Positions 29,945 through 39,733 of a DNA stretch of 39,733 nt are shown here, piece after piece. Both the position numbers and the translations under genes were made by a program. The notes below the pieces were generated by a model. That model searched no databases. It was not told the DNA's origin and was given only the letters and a program-made list of their open reading frames with translations. Where the stretch lies: assembly GCA_020693165.1 (NCBI GenBank), contig JAIMJQ010000004.1, positions 24,289-64,021 of the forward strand. Direction: 5' to 3'. Positions within the stretch are counted from its first letter, which is position 1. Every line of letters starts with the position of its first letter. Source of the DNA: Xanthomonas sp. (lineage in GTDB: Bacteria; Pseudomonadota; Gammaproteobacteria; Xanthomonadales; SZUA-5).

Positions 29945-31063
29945 TCACATCCCCAACGCACGCATCGTCGCGACCAGCGCGTATGCCAGCCCTGCGGTCA
30001 CCGGAATGGTGAACACCCACGCCCACAGGATGCGTTCGACCACCGTCCAGCGCAGTGCGTTAGCGCGTTTGGCGAAGCCGACGCCCATGATCGCGGTGGA
30101 GATGCTGTGGGTGGTCGAGACCGGCATGCCCAGCATCGCCGCGCCGGACAGGATGGTCGCCGATGCGGTTTCCGCGGCGAAACCATGGATCGGGTGCAGC
30201 TTGACCATCTTGTGGCCGAGCGTTTTGATGATGCGCCAGCCGCCGGTCGCCGTACCTGCGGCCATCACCAGCGCACAGGTGACCTTGATCCAGGTGTCGA
30301 TGCCACCGTCGTTGGTGCCGGGGTGCAGAAAACCGAGTAAATCCGGAAGCCTGTCCAGCGTGCCCGCGGCCTCTGCCCCGAGCAGCGCCAGCGCGATGAT
30401 GCCCATGGTCTTCTGGGCGTCGTTGAGGCCGTGGGCGAAGCCCATGTAGGCGGCCGAGGCCAACTGCGCCTTGCCGAAGAAGGCATTCACGAAGCGCGGT
30501 CGCGCCAGGTGCGCCAGCCAGCCGCCAGAGCGCGCCATCGCCGCGATGATCGCGAACAGCAGGCCCATGAGGATGACGCCGAGCAGGAAGCCGATGATCG
30601 GCGAACTGATCATCGGCACCACGACCTTGTAAAACAGGCCGCCGCCCCTGTACCAGGGATCCGCCTCCTGCGCCCAGACCAGCGCTCCGGTGTCGCCATC
30701 GGCAGCCGCCACCGCCGCTCCGCACAGTCCGCCGATCAGCGCGTGGCTCGAACTCGACGGCAATCCCCACCACCAGGTGATCAGGTTCCAGATGATCGCG
30801 CCCAGCAGCGCGCACAGCAGCACACCCGACGTGATCGTTACCACGCTGGAATCGACCAGGCCGCTGGCAATGGTCTTGGCGACGGCGTCGCCGGCCAGTG
30901 CGCCGATCAGGTTCATCGATGCGGCCAGGCCGACTGCCTGAAGCGGGGTCAGCACCTTGGTGGCGACCACGGTGGCGATCGAATTGGCAGTGTCGTGGAA
31001 GCCGTTGATGAATTCGAACGCCAGCGCGATCGCGATCAGCAGCAGCAGAAGGGCAAGGGCCAC
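29945..31063 (-). CDS. pit: Inorganic phosphate transporter, PiT family
   Basis: FEFINGFHDTANSIAT, GLPSSSSHALIGG, AHGLNDAQKTMG, GGWRIIKTLG, PVSTTH. GTG start at 31063. Confidence 0.95.
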   Translation of the reverse strand: MALALLLLLIAIALAFEFINGFHDTANSIATVVATKVLTPLQAVGLAASMNLIGALAGDAVAKTIASGLVDSSVVTITSGVLLCALLGAIIWNLITWWWGLPSSSSHALIGGLCGAAVAAADGDTGALVWAQEADPWYRGGGLFYKVVVPMISSPIIGFLLGVILMGLLFAIIAAMARSGGWLAHLARPRFVNAFFGKAQLASAAYMGFAHGLNDAQKTMGIIALALLGAEAAGTLDRLPDLLGFLHPGTNDGGIDTWIKVTCALVMAAGTATGGWRIIKTLGHKMVKLHPIHGFAAETASATILSGAAMLGMPVSTTHSISTAIMGVGFAKRANALRWTVVERILWAWVFTIPVTAGLAYALVATMRALGM

Positions 31064-31071
31064 GGTCGGCC

Positions 31072-31698
31072 TCAGTTGTTCTTGAGAACGATCTGGTAAG
31101 CGACCACCCCGGCTTCTCGACAGCGGTCGATGGCCTTCTCCAGGATCTCGTAGAAGTCGTGCACCATGAAGGTCTGGATCGGATCGTATTTGCCGGCATA
31201 CAACTCGCGGTAAAGCTCCAGCATCAAGCGGTCGGCCTCGACCTCGATCGCCCGCAAGCGGTCCGACAGTACCTTCATTGGCTCGATCTTCATTGTGCGC
31301 AGTTCGTGCACCATCTTGCCGACGACTTCGGCGGCGTCGACCAGCATGCGTGCGCGCGGCACGAAGTCGATGCCGTGGATGCGTTCGCCGGCAAGCACGT
31401 AGCGTTCGGCAAACTTCTCCACCGTTTTCGGAATGCGATACAGCGCGTTGCCAAGCGCTTCGATGTCCTCGCGCTCGAGCGCGGTGATGAAGGTCTTGAC
31501 CAGTTCGCTGCGAATCGCCTCGGCGACCCGGCGTTCGCGCTCGCGGGCCAGCCGGAATTCCTCCAGCGAGGGCTGGCTGGACTTGCATTCGACCAGTGCC
31601 AGCAGCGCCCGGGTGGAGTCCAGCGCGGCGGCGGCGCTGTCTTCCAGCAAGCCGAAGAAGCGGTCGCCCTTGCCGAAGATGGTCTGCAACGAAAACAT
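31072..31698 (-). CDS. DUF47 / Pit accessory protein (PhoU-like)
   Basis: FFGLLE, TFITALEREDI, IEVEAD, YEILEKAIDRC; directly upstream of pit. Confidence 0.92.
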   Translation of the reverse strand: MFSLQTIFGKGDRFFGLLEDSAAAALDSTRALLALVECKSSQPSLEEFRLARERERRVAEAIRSELVKTFITALEREDIEALGNALYRIPKTVEKFAERYVLAGERIHGIDFVPRARMLVDAAEVVGKMVHELRTMKIEPMKVLSDRLRAIEVEADRLMLELYRELYAGKYDPIQTFMVHDFYEILEKAIDRCREAGVVAYQIVLKNN

Positions 31699-31722
31699 GG
31701 TGCCCCCGCGGGTATCGCGATG

Positions 31723-31740
31723 ATGAAGGTTTTGTGAAGT
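31723..31740 (-). promoter_or_regulatory. PHO-box-like direct repeat
   Basis: ACTTCAC-AAAA-CCTTCAT, an 11-nt periodic direct repeat with an A-rich spacer, about 25 nt upstream of the DUF47 ATG. Confidence 0.55.
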
Positions 31741-31753
31741 CGCGGATGCTCGC

Positions 31754-32806
31754 TCAGTCGGGGGTATCGGCGCCAGTGGGCAGGCCACCGGCGACATCGA
31801 TCAGTTCGCGGATCAGTGCGGTCGCATAGGCGCCGGGGGGCAAGCCGAAGCACAGCCGCAATGGTTGGCCGGACGCACTGCCATCGACCAGCCATTGCCA
31901 CTCCAGGCGCTCGGGAATGGCGCGCAGCGGCCTTCGCTCCGATTCGACGGCGGCCGCCAGCAGACCGGTCGCAAGGTCCGCGTTGGCACCGGCGCAATCC
32001 TGCTCGAGCGCAGCGCAGGCGCCGGCGGTGGGCGACGGCGGCTGTCCCCACAACGGGCCGGTCGGGTGGATGTCTCCCGAAGCGCAGCGTTGAATGAGGA
32101 CTTCGTCCGGCTCAACCGGCCCGAACCAGGCGCGCCGACCGGCGAGATTGCACAGATCGCCGGCGATCACATGGTCCCAACTGCCTTCGCGCACGCGACG
32201 GTCCAACACCGCGTTGAAGATCGCGCTGCGCGCCGCGGACAGCGCGAACGAGCGCTCGCTGCGCTCGAGCTGCTCGCCGGCGAATAGGCGTCGCGCCAGT
32301 TGCAGGTTGCCGCCGGACTGGCCAAAGCGCTGCTCGCCGAAGTAGTTCGGCGCGCCGCGATCGCGCAGACGCTCGAGCACCATATGCGCCCGTTCGCGAT
32401 CGCCAACCACTTCGCGCAGCACCAGTTCGAAGCCATTGCCGACCAGTGCCCCCCGTTTCAACTTTCGCGAATGGCGCTGCACACCGAGCACCCGTACCCC
32501 AGCCAGTTGCAGGGTCGACCAGTCGACGCTGCGTCCTGGCAGCTGCACGGTAAAGTGCTGGCGCGCAACCGCATGACGGTCCTTCAGGCCGGCGAAGCCG
32601 ACCGCCACCTGCGGCACCTTGGCGAAGCGTGCCAGTCCGCGCGCAACCCATTCGGTGTTGGCGCCGCGCTTCTCGATCCGCAGCAGATCGTGCTCGCCGA
32701 GACCGTCGGCGGCGAAACTCAGCGTCTCCTCGACGACAAAGTCCTCGGGCGCAGATTTCAGCACACCGCGCAGCGGCGGCCCGCCCCAGGCGTATGCGAG
32801 GCTCAT
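31754..32806 (-). CDS. truD: tRNA pseudouridine(13) synthase
   Basis: PEDFVVEE, GEH...EKRGANT, AGLKDRHA, GNGF, PNYFGEQRFG, LPPGAYAT. Confidence 0.96.
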   Translation of the reverse strand: MSLAYAWGGPPLRGVLKSAPEDFVVEETLSFAADGLGEHDLLRIEKRGANTEWVARGLARFAKVPQVAVGFAGLKDRHAVARQHFTVQLPGRSVDWSTLQLAGVRVLGVQRHSRKLKRGALVGNGFELVLREVVGDRERAHMVLERLRDRGAPNYFGEQRFGQSGGNLQLARRLFAGEQLERSERSFALSAARSAIFNAVLDRRVREGSWDHVIAGDLCNLAGRRAWFGPVEPDEVLIQRCASGDIHPTGPLWGQPPSPTAGACAALEQDCAGANADLATGLLAAAVESERRPLRAIPERLEWQWLVDGSASGQPLRLCFGLPPGAYATALIRELIDVAGGLPTGADTPD

Positions 32807-32855
32807 GGCGCGGTGCCCACTGCGTCATGGAGATGCACCCGGACCGTTGACCTCG

Positions 32856-33353
32856 TCATTGAGCGTCGCCGACCGGATGCAGCAGCACCACCGCCTGCAC
32901 GGCGATGCCCTCCTCGCGTCCGGTAAAGCCCAGGCGCTCGGAAGTGGTCGCCTTGACGCTGACGGCATCGACCGCGCACGCGAGGTCGGCGGCGATGCGT
33001 TCGCGCATCGCCGGCACATGCACCGCCAGCCGTGGCCGTTCGCACACGACCACCAGGTCGCAGTTGCCGATTGCGTAACCGCGCGCTGCGATCAGCGCAC
33101 GGCAATGTCGCAGCAGCGCGCGGCTGTCGGCGTCGCGCCAGCGCTCGTCGCCGGGCGGAAAATGCTGCCCGATGTCGCCCAGCGCCAATGCGCCGAGCAT
33201 GGCGTCGCACAGCGCGTGCAGCGCCACGTCGCCATCGGAGTGCGCAACGATGCCGTGGCCGTGGGCAATGCGCACGCCACCCAGCATCACATGGTCGCCG
33301 GGCCCGAACGCGTGCACGTCGTAGCCGACGCCGATGCGCGGCCAATGGCTCAT
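32856..33353 (-). CDS. ispF: 2-C-methyl-D-erythritol 2,4-cyclodiphosphate synthase
   Basis: [44 protein letters not shown]. Confidence 0.97.
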   Translation of the reverse strand: MSHWPRIGVGYDVHAFGPGDHVMLGGVRIAHGHGIVAHSDGDVALHALCDAMLGALALGDIGQHFPPGDERWRDADSRALLRHCRALIAARGYAIGNCDLVVVCERPRLAVHVPAMRERIAADLACAVDAVSVKATTSERLGFTGREEGIAVQAVVLLHPVGDAQ

Positions 33354-34054
33354 GCCGCCTGCGCCCGGAGCAGGAAGCGCGCCAACGCCAGATCGTGCGC
33401 GGTAGTCACCTTGATGTTGTCTTCGGCCCCCTCGACCAGGATTGCCTTGGCCCCCGCCCATTCCATCGCCTGAGCTTCGTCGGTCGGGGTCGTTCCGCGC
33501 ACCCGCGCGGCGGCGAGCGCGTCCGCAAGTGCCCTGCGCCGGAACAGCTGCGGCGTCAGTGCACGCCAGAGCTCGCTGCGGGACACGGTTTCGGCCACTT
33601 CGACACGCTGCTTGGCGACCGTCGCTGGCGCCTGACGCTTGATCGTGTCGCGCACCGGCGCCGCCAGCAAGCCACCGTCGCCGTCGCCGACGGCATCGAT
33701 CAGTCGATCGACATCGCACACCCGCACGCAGGGCCGCGCAGCGTCGTGCACCAGCACCCAGGAATCGGCGCCAGCCTCCGCCGGCAATGCGTTCAGTCCA
33801 GCCAGCACCGAGTCGGCGCGCTCGGCGCCACCTGGCGCGGTGAGCAACGGCTTGTTGCCGATTTCCGACCACCCCGGCCAATGCGCATCGTCGGGCGCCA
33901 ACACCACCATCAGTCCGCGCACCCGCGGGACCTGCGCCAGCCGCGTCAATGTCCAGTGCAACAATGGCCGACCCTCGACGTCGGCATATTGCTTGGGCCG
34001 CTCCGCGCCGAAGCGACGTCCGCTTCCCGCCGCCGGCACCACAACCCAGATCAT
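33350..34054 (-). CDS. ispD: 2-C-methyl-D-erythritol 4-phosphate cytidylyltransferase
   Basis: [10 protein letters not shown]...[36 protein letters not shown]. Confidence 0.97.
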   Translation of the reverse strand: MIWVVVPAAGSGRRFGAERPKQYADVEGRPLLHWTLTRLAQVPRVRGLMVVLAPDDAHWPGWSEIGNKPLLTAPGGAERADSVLAGLNALPAEAGADSWVLVHDAARPCVRVCDVDRLIDAVGDGDGGLLAAPVRDTIKRQAPATVAKQRVEVAETVSRSELWRALTPQLFRRRALADALAAARVRGTTPTDEAQAMEWAGAKAILVEGAEDNIKVTTAHDLALARFLLRAQAA

Positions 34055-34368
34055 TGCTTGGTTTCCTCGGCGCGCGCCGCGGCGGCCGCGGCCGCGCGCT
34101 TCGGTTCGGCCACCTGAATCAGCTTTTCGCCTTCCTTGATCATGCCGAGCTCCGAGCGCGCGCGCTCCTCGATGGCATCGCGACCGGTCTTCAGATCCTC
34201 GACCTCGGCCGAAAGCGCCTCATTGCGTCGGCGCAGCGCCGCGTTCTCGGCGCGCTGCACGTCGAGCGCCTTCTCCAGCTCCCAGACGTCATTCATGCCA
34301 CCACGAAACCACAGCTGGTACTGCAGTGCGACCAGCAGCAACAGCAGCAGGAGCAGCAACCAGCGCAT
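34051..34368 (-). CDS. ftsB: Cell division protein FtsB
   Basis: [10 protein letters not shown], coiled coil, [14 protein letters not shown]; lies between eno and ispD. Confidence 0.95.
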   Translation of the reverse strand: MRWLLLLLLLLLVALQYQLWFRGGMNDVWELEKALDVQRAENAALRRRNEALSAEVEDLKTGRDAIEERARSELGMIKEGEKLIQVAEPKRAAAAAAARAEETKQ

Positions 34369-34383
34369 GGTCGGAGCTTGGCC

Positions 34384-35793
<1,410 letters not shown>

Positions 35794-35795
35794 TC

Positions 35796-35913
35796 AATTG
35801 CTCACGCGGAGGCGCGGAGGGTCAACTGGCACCCGCCAGGACCAACGGAGCGCGCGGCACGTGCTCCCGATCACATCAAAAGCCTCGACCCGCTCTCCTC
35901 CGCGTGAGCAGTT
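35796..35913. repeat. Inverted repeat with CGCGGAGG units between kdsA and eno
   Basis: AATTGCTCACGCGGAGGCGCGGAGG ... CCTCCGCGTGAGCAGTT (17-bp arms, one G-U type mismatch). Confidence 0.65.
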
Positions 35914-36747
35914 CTACAGCCCATCCTCATCGAACGGCCGCGCCTTGACCGCGCGATCGAGCAGCACCAAGGTCTCGAGCAATGCTGCCATGCGCGGCAG
36001 CGGCCAGGCGTTCGGGCCGTCTGAAAGCGCCTTGTCCGGATCAGGATGGGTTTCCATGAACAAGCCGGCCACGCCGACCGCAACGGCCGCCCGCGCCAGT
36101 GCGGGGACAAACTCACGCTGTCCGCCGGAACTGCTGCCCTGCCCGCCGGGCAACTGCACCGAATGGGTCGCATCGAACACCACCGGCGCGCGGGTTTCCC
36201 GCATCACCACCAGCGAGCGCATGTCCGACACCAGGTTGTTGTAGCCGAAGCTGGCGCCGCGCTCGCAGACCATGATCTCATCGTTGCCGACGTCGCGCGC
36301 CTTGCGCACCACATGCTTCATGTCCCATGGCGCGAGGAATTGTCCCTTCTTGATGTTGACCGGCTTCCCGGCGCGGGCGACGCTCTGGATGAAATCGGTC
36401 TGCCGGCACAGGAATGCCGGCGTCTGCAGCACGTCGACCACCGCTGCGACTTCGTTCATCGGGGTGTACTCGTGTACGTCGGTCAGCACCGGCACGCCGA
36501 TCTGCCGCTTGACCTCGGCCAGCACCTTCAGTCCCTCCTGCATGCCCGGCCCACGGAAGCTGGTGCCCGACGAGCGGTTGGCCTTGTCGAAGCTCGACTT
36601 GAAGATGAAGGGGATGCCAAGCCCATCGGCGATCTCCTTGAGCCGGCCGGCGACATCGAGTTGCAGTTGCATCGACTCGATGACACACGGGCCGGCGATC
36701 AGGAAGAGCGGTCGATCGAGGCCAATTTCGAAGCCGCACAGACGCAT
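35914..36747 (-). CDS. kdsA: KDO 8-phosphate synthase
   Basis: [51 protein letters not shown]. Confidence 0.98.
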   Translation of the reverse strand: MRLCGFEIGLDRPLFLIAGPCVIESMQLQLDVAGRLKEIADGLGIPFIFKSSFDKANRSSGTSFRGPGMQEGLKVLAEVKRQIGVPVLTDVHEYTPMNEVAAVVDVLQTPAFLCRQTDFIQSVARAGKPVNIKKGQFLAPWDMKHVVRKARDVGNDEIMVCERGASFGYNNLVSDMRSLVVMRETRAPVVFDATHSVQLPGGQGSSSGGQREFVPALARAAVAVGVAGLFMETHPDPDKALSDGPNAWPLPRMAALLETLVLLDRAVKARPFDEDGL

Positions 36748-36787
36748 GGTCGCAGATTGCCGGTAGTTGTCAGTTGGTTGGTGAAGC

Positions 36788-36868
36788 GGTTGTTCGGTGT
36801 TGGTCGTTGGCGGCAAGGCAAAGTTGGCGCTGCGGGCTTTTGCTGCCGACCACCAACACCGATCAACC
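36788..36868. repeat. About 30-bp inverted repeat built of heptamer-like units between pyrG and kdsA
   Basis: GGTTGTTCGGTGTTGGTCGTTGGCGGCAAGGC / GCTTTTGCTGCCGACCACCAACACCGATCAACC. Confidence 0.65.
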
Positions 36869-36880
36869 AGCAACCCTCGG

Positions 36881-38575
<1,695 letters not shown>

Positions 38576-38656
38576 CTACCTGCGCGCAGCCGGTTGCGCC
38601 CACGGCAACTTCAGGTTTGGGTACCATCTCGCTTATCGCGTTCGAGATTCCGTGTC

Positions 38657-39592
38657 TTGTCCCTGCTGCGACGCATCAGTCCGTTCCGCTTCTCCGGTGA
38701 ATCGCTCCCGTGCGCACTTTGCGGAGGGCGCGCGCGCACGCTCGTCGGCACCCGCGATCGCTACTGGATGCCGCTGCGCAACGTGCTGTGCAGCCACTGC
38801 GGTCTGGTGTTTCTCGACCCGATGCCGACCGCAGAAGATATCGAGCGCTATTACCGCGACGAGTACCGCCAGCATTACCACGGCGACTCGCAACCTCGCG
38901 CCAAGGCGTTGCTGCGCGACGAGCGCGGAGCCCGCGAGCGCGTCGCCATGCTCGCCCACCTGCTGCGCAAGGGTGATCGCGTGCTCGATATCGGCGCCGG
39001 AACCGGCGCCTTCGTTGCCGCCGCCACTGCCGCCGGCTGGAAGACCGAAGGAATCGAACCGCACCAGGGATTTGCCGCATTCGCGCGTGAGCACTACCAC
39101 GCAACCATCCATGGCACGCTGCTTGAAACCGCACCGCTGAAGGACGGCAGTTTCGACCTGATCACCAGTTCGCACGTTTTCGAGCACCTGCGAACGCCCG
39201 AATTGGCATTCGCCCGCGTACATCGCTTGTTGCGGCCCGATGGCATCTTCCACGTCAACGTCCCTGACATCTCGGACCCGCATCGAACCCCGAACGCACG
39301 CTGGCATTTTGGCCACGTGCACGGGTTTACACGGGAAACGCTGTCGATGCTGGCCTGGCGCAGCGGTTTCGACCTGCTGACCGACTCACCGGCGCACGGC
39401 CCGAATCTGCTGCTGCGCCGCCTGGAGCAGCCGGTTGCCGACTGGATGCGCTATCCCGACCACGCCGCGAACATGCAGCGGTTTTTCGTCGAGCACAGCA
39501 ACTGGCGGCATTTCACCTCAGCCACGCCGTATCGACGGTTCCTGGCCCGCATGCGCCGATTCAGCCGCGAAAACCGGCAACTGCGGTCGTAG
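38657..39592 (+). CDS. Class I SAM-dependent methyltransferase with an N-terminal Zn-ribbon (start uncertain; ORF open from 38552)
   Basis: CALC...CSHCGLVF, VLDIGAGTG (motif I), GIEP, FDLITSSHVFEHL, LLRPDG. Confidence 0.88.
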   Translation: MSLLRRISPFRFSGESLPCALCGGRARTLVGTRDRYWMPLRNVLCSHCGLVFLDPMPTAEDIERYYRDEYRQHYHGDSQPRAKALLRDERGARERVAMLAHLLRKGDRVLDIGAGTGAFVAAATAAGWKTEGIEPHQGFAAFAREHYHATIHGTLLETAPLKDGSFDLITSSHVFEHLRTPELAFARVHRLLRPDGIFHVNVPDISDPHRTPNARWHFGHVHGFTRETLSMLAWRSGFDLLTDSPAHGPNLLLRRLEQPVADWMRYPDHAANMQRFFVEHSNWRHFTSATPYRRFLARMRRFSRENRQLRS

Positions 39593-39659
39593 CGCCAACG
39601 CGTACCTCGCCCTCACAGAACATCTCGCATGTCTTTGATTTATATAGGATATTCTGTGC

Positions 39660-39695
39660 GCGAACAAGCGCACCGTCAGGGGCGATCGGGACTCT
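39660..39695. repeat. Third copy of the 36-nt dispersed repeat
   Basis: GCGAACAAGCGCACCGTCAGGGGCGATCGGGACTCT, 33/36 identical to 12605-12640. Confidence 0.8.
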
Positions 39696-39733
39696 CTCCA
39701 AACATGCCGTAAGCAATTGATCTTGTTAGCCAA

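Overview
High-GC gammaproteobacterial chromosome segment; housekeeping proteins such as PyrG ([10 protein letters not shown]...) and KdsA ([13 protein letters not shown]...) look Xanthomonadales-like, which is an inference. It is mostly core genome: thrS (5' part), tRNA-Val(GAC), uvrB, an orphan fimT plus a membrane/TPR-like gene, an ECF sigma/anti-sigma module, an MFS transporter, cbb3-oxidase assembly genes (ccoH-ccoI-ccoS-DsbD-like) without ccoNOQP/ccoG, a MoxR/Bat operon, zipA-ligA-epmA, a 2OG-Fe(II) oxygenase, DUF47-pit, pyrG-kdsA-eno-ftsB-ispD-ispF-truD and a SAM methyltransferase. I saw no integrase, transposase, phage gene or cas gene. Best candidate for an undescribed system: an ECF sigma factor and 2-TM anti-sigma followed by a site-2 (M50) intramembrane protease fused to two SMI1/KNR4 (SUKH)-like domains, with a mirror-image pair of putative ECF promoters. 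Other highlights: a leader-peptide attenuator (MSTTSVIKY) upstream of thrS, a class II-positioned FNR box, a PHO-like box before DUF47-pit, and several unrelated intergenic repeat families, including a 36-nt repeat associated with IHF-like sites that may continue past the window end. All family calls come from motif recognition by eye, not from searches.
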